Shown piece after piece: positions 40,520-51,191 of a stretch of 64,000 nucleotides of DNA (positions are counted from its first letter, which is position 1; every line of letters starts with the position of its first letter). The notes under the pieces were generated by a model. That model ran no database searches and was not told where the DNA came from. It saw only the letters and a list, made by a program, of their open reading frames with translations. This DNA is from an uncultured Alphaproteobacteria bacterium (GTDB taxonomy: Bacteria > Pseudomonadota > Alphaproteobacteria > Rhizobiales > Xanthobacteraceae): the NCBI GenBank assembly GCA_963753925.1, contig CAVWEF010000007.1, forward strand, positions 46,436 through 110,435. The letters run 5' to 3'. The position numbers were made by a program, and so were the translations under genes.

Positions 40520-42154
40520 TTAGTCGCTAGGCCCTTTGGCCGCCTTCTGCGCCTCTTCCATCTTTTTGCCCATCTCAGCCTTGATTGCATCAAGATTGAA
40601 GCTTGCGCCTCGTTGCATCGGCGGGTACTCGAGGAAGGTCTGGATTTCTTTGCCAATGACCTGCTGGACGAAGACGAAGCGCCAGAATTGGTACTTGAAC
40701 CAATCGAAGTATTGTTGCGCACCGTCTTTCGTCCCATTGCTCGGCCAGCCCGTGCGCTCGAAAGGATCGAGGCGCAAGTTGGTGATGTAAGGCACGTCCG
40801 GATGGGTCTTTTCACCCAACCAGCCAGCGGGCTGGTCGATGAAGCGGTACTTATAGTCGTCAATGCGCACCGCGCCGAGCGAGCTTTCACCAAGGTAGAA
40901 AATCTCGTGACGCGCGGATGGCCCTTTACCGGTGATGGCCGCCATCTGGTTGTAGCCATCCAGATGGTTCTTGTAGGTCACGTCCCCGATCTTTTTGCCC
41001 TTCAGCAATTCTTCGGTGATGTTCGGGTTACCGGCCGCAGCTACGAAGGTTGGCAACCAGTCCATGCCGGAGAAGATGCCGTTTTGCACCGAGTCCGCCG
41101 GTACATGGCCGGGCCAGCGAAGGAGCGTGGGCACGCGGAATCCACCCTCGAGGACTGTTCCCTTGGACTGCGCGAACGGCGTCTGACCACCATCAGGCCA
41201 AGTGAAGACTTCGGTGCCATTGTCGGTGGTGAAGACGACGATGGTGTTGTTGTCCTCGCCCATGTCCTTGAGCTTCTTCATCACGATGCCGACGTCGTCA
41301 TCTATCTGGGCCATGCCGGCTTCTTCTTCCGACCAGCCATTCTCCGAGTTGCGCAACGCCTCATATTTCGGGGAGAGATGCGTGACGATGTGCATACGCG
41401 TCGGGTTGATCCAGACAAAGAACGGCTTGCCGTCTGCCTTGGCCTTCTCCATGAACTTTATTGAAAGGTCGCGGATTTCGTCGTCCACGGTCTCCATGCG
41501 CTTGGGATAGAGCGGACCGGCATCCTCGATCCTCTGCTTGCCGATCTTGCCCCAGCGCGGCATCTCGGTTGGATCATCTTTCTCAGTGGCCCAGCTATGA
41601 ACCATGTTGCGCGGGCCAACGACGTTCAGCAGGTCCTGCGGATAGTTAGGATGCGCCGGGTCTTCCATTGCATCGAGGTGGTATAAATATCCAAAGAACT
41701 CGTCGAAGCCGTGCACCGTCGGCAGGAACTCGTTCTTGTCGCCTAGGTGATTTTTGCCGAACTGACCGGTGGCGTAGCCCATCGATTTCAAAATCGTTGC
41801 AATGGTCACGGCCTCGGCTGGCAGGCCGACAGACGCGCCAGCCTGGCCGACTGTGGTCATGCCGGTGCGGATCGGTAGCTCTCCGGTGATGAAGTTCGCG
41901 CGACCTGCCGTGCAACTTGCCTCGGCATAGTAGTCCGTGAACAACATGCCTTCTTTGGCTATCTTGTCGAGATTGGGCGTCTTGCCCGCCATCATGCCGC
42001 GGTGGTACGCGCCGATATTCCACATGCCAATGTCGTCGCCCATGATGACGACGATGTTGGGTTTTTGCTGCTGTGCAACCGATGCGCCGTTTGCCCCCAA
42101 TACAGCAGCAGATGATACCAATAAACCAAGACATACCGTTCGCATCAGACCCAT
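40520..42154 (-). CDS. arylsulfatase (Cys-type, CxAxR)
   Basis: KPNIVVIMGDDIG, SCTAGRANFITG, FGKNHLG, LRLDPFE. Confidence 0.93.
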   Translation of the reverse strand: MGLMRTVCLGLLVSSAAVLGANGASVAQQQKPNIVVIMGDDIGMWNIGAYHRGMMAGKTPNLDKIAKEGMLFTDYYAEASCTAGRANFITGELPIRTGMTTVGQAGASVGLPAEAVTIATILKSMGYATGQFGKNHLGDKNEFLPTVHGFDEFFGYLYHLDAMEDPAHPNYPQDLLNVVGPRNMVHSWATEKDDPTEMPRWGKIGKQRIEDAGPLYPKRMETVDDEIRDLSIKFMEKAKADGKPFFVWINPTRMHIVTHLSPKYEALRNSENGWSEEEAGMAQIDDDVGIVMKKLKDMGEDNNTIVVFTTDNGTEVFTWPDGGQTPFAQSKGTVLEGGFRVPTLLRWPGHVPADSVQNGIFSGMDWLPTFVAAAGNPNITEELLKGKKIGDVTYKNHLDGYNQMAAITGKGPSARHEIFYLGESSLGAVRIDDYKYRFIDQPAGWLGEKTHPDVPYITNLRLDPFERTGWPSNGTKDGAQQYFDWFKYQFWRFVFVQQVIGKEIQTFLEYPPMQRGASFNLDAIKAEMGKKMEEAQKAAKGPSD

Positions 42155-42501
42155 GGTTTAACTCCGTTGCCTTTGCCGCTCGATATTGAATCGACAGTGG
42201 TCGCGCACGTCGTCGCTTCGCTTCGCAGTGCGAGAAAGAAGTTGCAGAGATTTGCAGAAAGTTACTAGAGCATGCTCTTAACGACACTGTGACACTAAAT
42301 AACGCTGCTGCGAAGATAGCGCGCCAGTAATATTTCAGTACCGTGGCATGTTCACTTTTGAACACTTTGACGAGAATATCCGACCAGAGTTGGTCCGAAG
42401 CAGCCGTTATGTCCGGCAGGCTCTATCTGCGGTCCAGATTTCCAATTTGTGGCCAGCTCAACCGCCAATACTCGCCCAGCGAGTTTGGCGGCCGGCAGCG
42501 A

Positions 42502-42855
42502 CTAAGGACCAAGCGCCCGCTGCACTTCAACAAGGGCCTTCTCGCACGCGCTCTTGTCTCCAGCTAAATCCGCCTGGCGAGCACGAGTCATCGCGTCTTT
42601 GACTTCCGCAATTTTGCTTAAAGACACTTCTCCGAGTTTGCTTTCACCTTTGGCGATAGAGCCCGGTGTTGGCTGCCGATGCATTTGAGCGCCAATACTT
42701 TGTTCTGTTGCAGGGCCGGCCGCAGCTGTCGCATTCAGCTTGGCATCGATGCTGAATTGCAGCCGTTCCACATCGTCCGAACAAGGGCCCGCCGTGCAGG
42801 GTAGCGAGATGGAAAGAGCGACCGCGCTCGTTACCAGTGATAGGCGGATAGTCAC
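42502..42855 (-). CDS. secreted hypothetical protein
   Basis: Signal peptide; AGPC...HRQPTP...GDKSACEKAL. Confidence 0.75.
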   Translation of the reverse strand: MTIRLSLVTSAVALSISLPCTAGPCSDDVERLQFSIDAKLNATAAAGPATEQSIGAQMHRQPTPGSIAKGESKLGEVSLSKIAEVKDAMTRARQADLAGDKSACEKALVEVQRALGP

Positions 42856-42951
42856 GCTTTGGCCTCCGTGGACATTGCGGCGCGTCTGCACCGCGCCTGC
42901 ACTTACTCCGCAAATCGACAAATGTACTTTTAGAACTGGTGACCGTACCGT

Positions 42952-43293
42952 CTAGCACCGAGTGATTGTGATCTTCCGCTCGCCGCCGCTTTCGATCGGG
43001 ACGGTAATAGTTTCTTGGCTGTGGTGACAGCTCAAGGCGAGCGATGGCGACACCAAAGGATCGGGCGGCTTGGGTGCCGCTACCGTACTGACCGATTCAG
43101 TGGGAAGGCCTGGAATGGCGACGTAGCCAGGTCCGTATCCGCCGTAGTAACCGCCGTTGTAGCGGCCATAATTGGTGTCCCGATGCCAACTAGCGCCATG
43201 CCAACCTCCGCCGTAGCCGGCCGCCTCAACAGCGCCTCCATTCATGACCAGCGCCAACACGCAAGGTGCAATCAGACTATTCAGACGCAACAT
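42952..43293 (-). CDS. secreted Gly/Tyr-rich hypothetical protein
   Basis: Signal peptide; ends C...ETITVP...ITITRC. Confidence 0.7.
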   Translation of the reverse strand: MLRLNSLIAPCVLALVMNGGAVEAAGYGGGWHGASWHRDTNYGRYNGGYYGGYGPGYVAIPGLPTESVSTVAAPKPPDPLVSPSLALSCHHSQETITVPIESGGERKITITRC

Positions 43294-43506
43294 ATTAGTC
43301 CCCATACTAATTAAATGCAGCGCCACTTATTTAGTATCTACTTTGTCACGGGTGCTGCATAGGGGGCCCACGAGCAGCCCTAATCATGGGCTATCGTTCG
43401 CCTCGTCAGCTCGCGTGAGCATCGTAGGGACAGAGCAAAGGCGAATTTTTTGGCTGTCTCGAGATTGGATCACAAGCTGGAACTTGGCCGATCTTCGGAT
43501 GTCGAT

Positions 43507-43986
43507 TTACTGTGGATCGCTGCCGGCGGTCCATTCCCTTTGGTAACCCGATGGCGTCTCGTGCCATTCTCCCGCTTTGCCCGATGAGTCTTGCGCATGA
43601 CCGCCAAAACCCGGCGACGAACGCCACTCGCCTTGTTCGCCCGATGAGTTTTGCCCGTGGCCGCCAAACCCCGGCGACGAATGCCATTCCCCTTGTTGGT
43701 GGCGCGAATTTTGCCAATTGTGTCCACGACCTGGCGAGGTCTGCCAATGGTCTTCGTGACGCGATGCGTTGTGAGCTTCGCCTGAGTGCGATTGGTCGCC
43801 ATGCCGATCGACGTCACGTCCGATATTGCTGTGATAACCCGCATCGTGTGAGGTCGTGCCGTGCCAGCCAATCCATCCGTGACCGGCTTGGCCTCCTCGG
43901 GCCGTGGCTTCGGTCGAAACGAATAGGGTGGCGATCAGGCCTACAGCACCGATCGCGGCAATCGTCTTTTGGAACATGACTTTCAC
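43507..43986 (-). CDS. secreted His/Gly-rich repeat protein
   Basis: Signal peptide; 20-aa repeats GEW.SSPGFGGH.Q.SSG (60-nt period). Confidence 0.7.
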   Translation of the reverse strand: MKVMFQKTIAAIGAVGLIATLFVSTEATARGGQAGHGWIGWHGTTSHDAGYHSNIGRDVDRHGDQSHSGEAHNASRHEDHWQTSPGRGHNWQNSRHQQGEWHSSPGFGGHGQNSSGEQGEWRSSPGFGGHAQDSSGKAGEWHETPSGYQREWTAGSDPQ

Positions 43987-44535
43987 AATTCTAAGCTAAA
44001 GTCGGTTTAGCAATCTGACGCACCACTGCGGATACTACCTTGCTCGCGCTTTTGAGGAAGTAATCCGGGAAGCCAAGCGCTCGACATATCTACATAATTG
44101 TTCGATTACGCGGTGACAAATTAATCTGGTGAGAGCCCTAAAAATGTAACGTTAAGGGTAGCCACTTCAACCGGACATCTGTCCCGCTTGTCCATTGCGG
44201 CAAGTCCGAAACGCATCCGCGGTAACGCGGCGCATCTGAGAGAGCACCGCTGCCTTCGAGCGGAAATGACCGATTTCTTTTATTCGTCCTCAGGGACTAG
44301 AAAAAGGCTCGGCGTTCGCGGGCTCTGCCGTTCAGAAATTCATGGCGGCACCGCTGGGCGAAGCAAGATTTGCAGCCATTTTCGGCCTTTCAGCGCTACG
44401 CGCTTGTGGCGCGAGCAATAAGGCAGCGCCAGATAGTACGTTCAATAGCTCTTGGCCCGTCACCGCAAAATCGCTAAAATCGCAACCAATAGGTCCTTGT
44501 TGTGTTTTGTGGCGTCTTTCCAAAGGAGTTGCGTC

Positions 44536-44811
44536 GTGTTGAAAACCGTATGCATCACTTTGAGCCTGCTTGCGTTAACCATAATTGTGGCGCCAGGCCC
44601 CGCTCGAGCCGGCCAATACTATTACGGCGGTAGCTACTACGGCACTAGCTACTACGGGACTAACTACTACGGTACCGGCTATTACGGGGGTGGCTACTAT
44701 CGGGGCTATGACTCCCGCAAAGTGGAGCGCTGCACGCCTCGGTGGGTGCGGACCTTTGACGGCGGCTGGATCTGGAGCGTGAGAGCGGGGTGCCAGCAGA
44801 CGCGCTGGTAA
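44536..44811 (+). CDS. secreted Tyr/Gly-repeat protein
   Basis: AAGGAG SD; signal peptide; five YYGxx repeats. Confidence 0.7.
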   Translation: MLKTVCITLSLLALTIIVAPGPARAGQYYYGGSYYGTSYYGTNYYGTGYYGGGYYRGYDSRKVERCTPRWVRTFDGGWIWSVRAGCQQTRW

Positions 44812-44909
44812 CAGACTGACGTCGAGTTGGCAGCTATTGTGCGGCTTCGACTGATCTTCGTGCTGGCCCTAGCCGCGCTGAGTCTGGCTTCCTAATCGGC
44901 TGCTTTAAG

Positions 44910-45134
44910 ATGGACGAACCCACAAACGATCTTGATGATGTTGAGGTCAAGTGCCCAGTCTGCGACGGGCAGCGAGTGATCCGTGGGCCTAAAACGTCGA
45001 TCACCTGGTTCGACTGCGGATACTGCAAAGGTACCGGCCAAGTCTCCCAAGGCCGATTTCAGTACTGGTACGAGCACCATTTCCACGAGCGGTCCGATTT
45101 ATTCGAAATCGAGAGCACCGGCGCGACCAACTAA
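44910..45134 (+). CDS. small DnaJ-type zinc-finger protein
   Basis: CPVCDG...CGYCKGTG. Confidence 0.5.
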   Translation: MDEPTNDLDDVEVKCPVCDGQRVIRGPKTSITWFDCGYCKGTGQVSQGRFQYWYEHHFHERSDLFEIESTGATN

Positions 45135-45324
45135 CGACACTGCTTGTCGAGCCTGTCGAGGGCAGCGGAAATCTTTTTGCCCTCCTGAGAGTCCGGGCCT
45201 GTTTGGTCAAACGCATCTAGCAATTTGGCGTAATCAGATCCTAGCGTATCCAATTGTGCTTGTGCTTTTTGGCTTAGGGCCTCCACGGCCTTCGTATCGT
45301 TCTTTGCTTCAGCGTCCGCTATTT
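45131..45324 (-). pseudogene. 3' fragment of a paralog of 38832-39215
   Basis: Near-identical IADAEAKNDTKAV...LDKQC; cut at an IS end. Confidence 0.85.
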
Positions 45325-45420
45325 TGATCTGCCCCCTTTGGACGGAGCCAAGAGCAGACTTGGCATTGCCGATCTGAGGGACGAAAATCATGCCGCGGAA
45401 GAGGCATTCGACCAACAGTT
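45325..45420 (+). mobile_element. IS3-family left-end fragment
   Basis: TGATCTGCCCCC end at the truncation point, then an OrfA-like start MPRKRHS at 45390. Confidence 0.65.
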
Positions 45421-45448
45421 CGGCACATTCATCGTATTGGCGTCGTCG

Positions 45449-45892
45449 TTAGTATCGTATCAAATCGCATGTATCGGCACTCGCGATTGAGCCGTCCGGC
45501 TGCCATTTTACAGTCGGGCACGGCCGCTGCTCTGGCGCTGAGACTGGGCGCTGAGCCCGCAATGTGCGCACATACTCTCTTGTGACGATACAGCCGAGCC
45601 ATTCCAAATTGCTCGGAGAATAGGCGGACGGATGAACACAGCTCATTTTGTCCAAAGTCGAGATAGTCGCCCAGCGCGCGACAAGCTTGTCGCGTGCATC
45701 TTGCTCGCTGCTTACGCAGGAATCAAAAGTATTTGCATTTTGATTGCTAAAAACAGCATCAACCGTGACCTGCCGCATCCTACACAGTGTTTGAATGTCT
45801 ATTTTCGGAAGGCTACCATCGCTCGAAAATGCCGTCGAAGCAGCCGCCAACAAAATAATGCCTGAAACAATAATTCTCGACCGAACGTACAT
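45449..45892 (-). CDS. secreted Cys-rich hypothetical protein
   Basis: Signal peptide; LPKIDIQTLC...CVSSEQDARDKL...W...C. Confidence 0.7.
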   Translation of the reverse strand: MYVRSRIIVSGIILLAAASTAFSSDGSLPKIDIQTLCRMRQVTVDAVFSNQNANTFDSCVSSEQDARDKLVARWATISTLDKMSCVHPSAYSPSNLEWLGCIVTREYVRTLRAQRPVSAPEQRPCPTVKWQPDGSIASADTCDLIRY

Positions 45893-46039
45893 GGCGTGCC
45901 TTTTCAACCTGATGGACCGTTCGCGATCGCACCATCTAACAATTTCGACTAAGCGGCTGCCGACCTCAACACTAACTACTGCCACAAGAACCCAAATACA
46001 AGCCATTGCATTGACCTATCTCAAACTTGAGATGTGGCA

Positions 46040-46264
46040 TTACTTGCCGAAGACGTCGCTGCCCTTGATCTCGCCGCCGGGCGAAGAAACACAGTAGGCT
46101 CCCGGTGTGAAACGGCATTCATAAAATTGGAACGGAACGCTGATCACATTAGCGATTGGATTTGACAGTTTCTTGGCAAGATCGGCGTCTTGCGCAAGTG
46201 CAACTGACGAACAAAGCAGACACAAACCAGAAAAAAATACCCTGCGGCTCTCGCTATTAAGCAA
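46040..46264 (-). pseudogene. 5' fragment of an outer-membrane transporter-like gene
   Basis: Signal peptide + DLAKKLSNPIANVISVPFQ, then an unrelated short tail. Confidence 0.6.
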
Positions 46265-46323
46265 TCCTTACCCGTCATCGCCCACTCCATACATACAATA
46301 TTCAACGAGCAAACTAGAATTTC

Positions 46324-48681
46324 TCATTGCTTTTGTTGCCGGCCCAGCGCGTCGATCAACGCCTTGATCTGTGGACTGCCGGGTTCGAGCGTATCCAATT
46401 CTTGTGCGTGCGTCAGAGCTGCCGCGAGATCGCCGTGATCGCGTTCAAGCGTAACCAAGGCCACCAGGATATCCTTGTCAGTCGGGTGTTGTTTATGGGT
46501 GCGCTCAAGAAGCAACAATGCCTCGGCGCCTGAGCCAGTAGTATTGAGTGTGATAGCATAAACGTACGCGTACCGCGCGTCGTCGGGGGCGAGTGCGCTG
46601 GCTTCGCGCAGCAGCGGCAGAGCTTCAGCGTAGTTGTGTTGGCGGACCATAGATAGGCCGAGCGCATGCTTGATAGCGGCATTGTTCGGTTCAATTGCGA
46701 TCGCGGCGCGGAGCAGTTCGGTCCCCTCCTTGTCCTTGCCAAGCCCCCGATATAGGTCGGCGAGGTTTGCCATAGCCGGGACGAACTTGGGATCGAGTCG
46801 AAGCGCGGTGCGATATTCGGCTTCAGCTTCATCGATCTGGTGATGCCGCAACCTGATGAGACCGAGGTTCAGATGGGCCTCGGGCCGATCGGTGTCGATC
46901 ATTTCCGCGGCAATCAGCTCTTGATAGGCAACTGTAAATGCGCCGCGTTGCCCCAGCGTCATAGCCTGCGGGTCAATTCCAGCAAGCGCGCGCGCTGTCT
47001 CGACGCGAACGGCGCGCATTAGGTCGCTCAGTAGCGGGAGGATCGCCACAACAATGGGCTGCGGCATAGATGCTGGCAGCGCTCTCGGCGCAGCCATGCG
47101 GACCAGTGGATCGGGGTCGGCAATCGCCGCCTTGATGGCTGGCTCAGACACTACGGACGCGTAGCGAGCGAGAAGGAGCAAAGCGCTAGCCCGGGCGATC
47201 GCCGGCTGATTTTTATCCAGGATTAATCGATCGAGTTGGCGTTCCGCATCAACGGCGCCGGTGCGGCCAGCATAGAGCGCAGTGCCGTAATGCGGCTTTG
47301 TCTGCCGACCGTTCGGATACCATTCGGCGACCGCCTTTGCCGCCCATTCCGCCGAGCGGTCGGTGTGACATTGGTTGCAGGCATTCGGGGAACCAATTGA
47401 TACTGACAGATCGGGCCGCGGGACGCGGATACTGTGATCACGCCGGTCATGCACGACCATATAGGTCTTGGTCGGCATGTGGCAGTTGACACATTGAGCG
47501 CCAGCGCTGCCTGGCAGGTGCTTATGATGAGAAGTGACGTCGAATTTTGCCGGCAGGTGACATTGGGCGCACAGGGTATTGCCTTCGGCACGGAGCTTGG
47601 CAGCATGCGGCTCGTGGCAATTGGAGCAGACGACGCCGGCCTTGTGCATCGCGCTTTGCAAAAAGGAGTCGTATTCGAACACCTCTCCGTCGATTTGCCC
47701 GTCCGCGTAGTAGAGTCCCTGCTCCAAAAGAGCCGGCAATGCCACATCGAGAAACGGCGTATCTGGCGCCTGTCCCGTCGCAACAAGCTTACGTCGGGAA
47801 TGGCAAGAGGCGCAGGCGTCGAGTTGGGTTGAAGCTACAGGCGTATTGCGGCTGGCGGTTCCTGTCGCGGAGTTCATGACCCAGCGCCCTGAATCGTTGG
47901 CCTTTAGCCAGATCTCCAAGCCCATCCTGGCGGTTTCATCTCGCGGCAGGCTTGAGTCTGCCTTCGCCCAAGCCACATGTCGGGATCCCGCTCCGTGACA
48001 GGCCTCGCAGGTCACGCCGAGACTGCTCCAGGTCGTCGCGTAGGCGTTTGTCGCGAGATTGAAATTCTTTTTTAGGCCGGTCGTATGGCAATCGGCGCAC
48101 TGGTAATTCCACGTCTGATCGCGACCGGTCCAATGCAGCGATGAGCCCGGCTTGAGCTTCTGTCCGGGGTAGAGATAAAACCAGCGTTGGCCGCCTCGCG
48201 CTTTCGGCCGCGTGTCCCAGGCAAGCCCAAGCATTTGATAGCGACCGCCGGGAAACATGATGAGGTATTGCTGCAGCGGATCGATGCCGAAGGTATAGGC
48301 AATCTCATAATCGTGCAGAGCACCATCCGGCCCGTCGGTGCGCACCATGAATTTGTCGCCGCTGCGCGAAAACGTGCTGACCACACCAAAATTCTCGACG
48401 GAGGCGCCGGCGAAGTCGCCGAGCACCGTTGCCGGCGTAGCCTTCTCCATCGCCAAAGCGTGGTGCGAATATTTCCAGAGTTCTGCCTCGGCCTGATGGC
48501 ACCCGGCGCAGACCTCAACTCCGACGTATATTGCTGCATTATCAGCGCGTGCGCCGGTCTTCACTGGCACAACAAATGCGGCAATGACCATCATCGCGAT
48601 TGCGGCGCAAATCCCTAACAGGCCACGTCCTCCCACACCGCAATAAAGGTCTTTGATCACGATACCGAGACAGCCCGCCAA
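46324..48681 (-). CDS. octaheme c-type cytochrome with HEAT and TPR repeats
   Basis: Eight CxxCH (CAGCH, CADCH, CEACH, CASCH, CSNCH, CAQCH, CVNCH, CNQCH); DPDPLVR HEAT; C-terminal TPRs; start uncertain. Confidence 0.9.
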   Translation of the reverse strand: MAGCLGIVIKDLYCGVGGRGLLGICAAIAMMVIAAFVVPVKTGARADNAAIYVGVEVCAGCHQAEAELWKYSHHALAMEKATPATVLGDFAGASVENFGVVSTFSRSGDKFMVRTDGPDGALHDYEIAYTFGIDPLQQYLIMFPGGRYQMLGLAWDTRPKARGGQRWFYLYPGQKLKPGSSLHWTGRDQTWNYQCADCHTTGLKKNFNLATNAYATTWSSLGVTCEACHGAGSRHVAWAKADSSLPRDETARMGLEIWLKANDSGRWVMNSATGTASRNTPVASTQLDACASCHSRRKLVATGQAPDTPFLDVALPALLEQGLYYADGQIDGEVFEYDSFLQSAMHKAGVVCSNCHEPHAAKLRAEGNTLCAQCHLPAKFDVTSHHKHLPGSAGAQCVNCHMPTKTYMVVHDRRDHSIRVPRPDLSVSIGSPNACNQCHTDRSAEWAAKAVAEWYPNGRQTKPHYGTALYAGRTGAVDAERQLDRLILDKNQPAIARASALLLLARYASVVSEPAIKAAIADPDPLVRMAAPRALPASMPQPIVVAILPLLSDLMRAVRVETARALAGIDPQAMTLGQRGAFTVAYQELIAAEMIDTDRPEAHLNLGLIRLRHHQIDEAEAEYRTALRLDPKFVPAMANLADLYRGLGKDKEGTELLRAAIAIEPNNAAIKHALGLSMVRQHNYAEALPLLREASALAPDDARYAYVYAITLNTTGSGAEALLLLERTHKQHPTDKDILVALVTLERDHGDLAAALTHAQELDTLEPGSPQIKALIDALGRQQKQ

Positions 48682-48698
48682 CGATGTTGGGAGTGTTA

Positions 48699-49004
48699 TT
48701 ACTTCTTCTTGGGCGCCAACATCGTGTTGACTGTCTGCATGACCGTTTTATCGGGACTAGCGTTGCAAGCGGCGACAACTGCGTCGGCGTTATGCTTCAT
48801 CGTGTTTAAATCAATCATGGTGTTCTTGCGAAGCCCATTGTAGTAACCGCTCATCCAGATCGAAGCCTCAATCGCATCTTGTGAACCGCTCAGCAGCTGA
48901 CGACATGTGAATTTTGACATGTCAACCATCACCTGCGCTTGAACCTCGAAATTCGCGGCCAGCGCGAGCAGACCGCCGAACAGCAAATACTTGAGCCATT
49001 TCAT
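48699..49004 (-). CDS. HdeA/HdeB-family periplasmic chaperone
   Basis: DMSKFTCRQL, WMSGYY, C...PDKTVM. Confidence 0.85.
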   Translation of the reverse strand: MKWLKYLLFGGLLALAANFEVQAQVMVDMSKFTCRQLLSGSQDAIEASIWMSGYYNGLRKNTMIDLNTMKHNADAVVAACNASPDKTVMQTVNTMLAPKKK

Positions 49005-49694
49005 CGTACATTCTCCGTTTTGTTAAAAGTATCGAGAGGTGTGAATTCGACTGCGGACTTCAGCTATTCCTTGCTCCGTTGACGTCTCCGTTTCAAGGTG
49101 TTGCCAATTGCCTTGACGATGTGGACATGTCTGGTTTGCCTTGCCGCAGATGATCGACTCTGTGTCGGCTCTCGAATCACATCGAGTCCGCCCCCGCATT
49201 TTTGTGACACGGCGAACAGACGACGACGCTGCATCATTTCGAACCGTGTGCAATTTTGAACAACGGCCGGTTTGGAGCGAAGCAACACTAAGCTCATGAC
49301 CATCGTTGGAGCAATGCATTTATGGGCCTGAGTTCTATTTGATTTATGTCAGACGCGCGGTAGGTGCCCAACCTCTTGGGTGCCGCGCAACAAAGCCATC
49401 CATCATTTATTATTGTGCATAAGCAATCTTCGCTAAGCCAAAACGTGAAAAAAATCCTTGGCTTGGTGTGCCCAAGCGGTCACCTCAACAAGATCAGTCG
49501 CTTATCCGGCAAATATGTCCGAAGTTTTTCTATTCGAAAGGCTCTGGTCTTAGCCAATACGAATACGATGTAACCATGCATGGACCGATCTTCGGCATTA
49601 CGGCCAAATTCTAATTACATATTGGTTAGAACAGGCGACAAACTAAGCGTCGCTATAGAAATAAGCGTAGAGGAATAGTCGCCCAAGTGAGCGC

Positions 49695-50277
49695 TCAATG
49701 TGAGCGACCCCACCTGCTCGAGTCAGGGTCCTCATCAACGAATTGGTGCGCAATGTGGCGATGCCCATAATTTTCCGCCACGCTACCTGTCGTATTTTTT
49801 CGTTTATATCTGGCTTGTGACCGCTGCGAACGCTTGGCGTATGTCGGATTGTCTCCCGAAACCACAATAGTTGTTACTCCGGGCCCCTGTCGCTCGATGA
49901 GCGAATATAACGTCGCGGCATTTCGTGGGTGTAGGCGAATACAGCCATGTGAGGCTGGACCGCCAAGTTTTGAAATCTCGTAGCTGCCATGGATTGCAAA
50001 GCCGTTGATGAAAGAAAATCGAATGCGGCATCGGCGAATTGTAGTACTTGCGCGAAAACCATACGGGTGCGAGCCGCTCTGGTTTGAAGACGCCGCTCGG
50101 CGTTCCGAAATTTTCGCGGCCGGTGGAAACTTCCCACACGTAGCGGGTGACCCCGTCGACCGACACCGACATGCGTTGCGTCGATTTGTCGACGCTGACG
50201 ACGATTCGTGCCTCGGCTCGTAAGGTACCGATCAGCAACGCTGTAAAAACAGCCGCACACGCAATAAGCTTACGCAT
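49695..50277 (-). CDS. L,D-transpeptidase (one extra base near 50005)
   Basis: WEVSTGR, PMPHSIFF, then shifted GFAIHG...ASHGCIRL; span 583 nt = 3n+1. Confidence 0.85.
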
Positions 50278-50475
50278 ATGTCTACTTAAAAAGGCCAATT
50301 TACCACTGAAGCGACATTTGCATTTAAGGATGTCAGCCGCAACGTGATTAATTGTGACGATTTTATTCAAATTGCGCGAAATCAGCGGTTCATAGGGTGG
50401 CGCCAAGGACGGAGTCGGAATAATGTCTGCTTGAGTCTTCCCATCGAAGTGGGCTGTGTCAGAACGGAACAAACT

Positions 50476-51141
50476 GTGGAAAGCAAAATAGAAAAGATCT
50501 CGTTTGGTCCCGCATTATTTCGTGCCGGTACGGCAAAAGCGCTTTTCGGTAGCGCAGTTTTTTTAGCATTCATGTGTGTCTTCGCGTCGGCGCAGACACT
50601 TGGTGCGTCCACGCCACGGCCCGACGCGAACATGGTCGGGGATCAGCCGGGTTTAGTTCCAACCAGTGAACAGGAAGAATTGCCGGCGCAGTATCGGGAG
50701 CAGACCGTATACTTCCGCACCGTTGAGCCGCCCGGAACGATTGTCGTCAACACGCCGGAGCGCTTCCTTTATCTAGTCCAGGGCAACAACCGTGCGATCC
50801 GCTACGGCATCGGCGTTGGCCGCGAAGGTTTCCAATGGCACGGCCTCAGGCGCATCAACCGCAAGGCAGAATGGCCAGATTGGATACCTCCATCAGAGAT
50901 GATCGAACGCCAGCCCTATTTGCCACGATTTATGGCCGGCGGGCCGGGTAATCCGCTTGGTGCCCGCGCGCTTTACATCGAGGGCACGGTCTACCGCATC
51001 CACGGCACAAACCAGCCTTGGACGATTGGGTCTGCAGTATCGTCGGGCTGCTTCCGCCTTACCAACCCTGACGTTACGGATCTATATGATCGCGTTCTGG
51101 TCGGAACGCGGGTCGTCGTCTTGCAGGCGCCACAGCTTTAG
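50476..51141 (+). CDS. L,D-transpeptidase (ErfK/SrfK type)
   Basis: RYGIGVGR, NPLGARALY, YRIHGT, SSGCFRL; start uncertain. Confidence 0.92.
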   Translation: MESKIEKISFGPALFRAGTAKALFGSAVFLAFMCVFASAQTLGASTPRPDANMVGDQPGLVPTSEQEELPAQYREQTVYFRTVEPPGTIVVNTPERFLYLVQGNNRAIRYGIGVGREGFQWHGLRRINRKAEWPDWIPPSEMIERQPYLPRFMAGGPGNPLGARALYIEGTVYRIHGTNQPWTIGSAVSSGCFRLTNPDVTDLYDRVLVGTRVVVLQAPQL

Positions 51142-51191
51142 CGTTCGTCGAACTGACGGCCGCAGACGCTAAATTTATTTTGGAGGCTCCG

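Noticed and set aside
36846-41464. ORFs 36846-38192 (-) and 40346-41464 (+)
   Set aside because: Antisense shadows of fabF and the sulfatase.
43540-44700. Periodic repeats as a possible CRISPR array
   Set aside because: They are in-frame coding repeats with no unique spacers, and no cas genes are present.
49023-49573. Short ORFs upstream of the hdeA-like gene
   Set aside because: No motifs, SD or signal peptide; cannot be supported.
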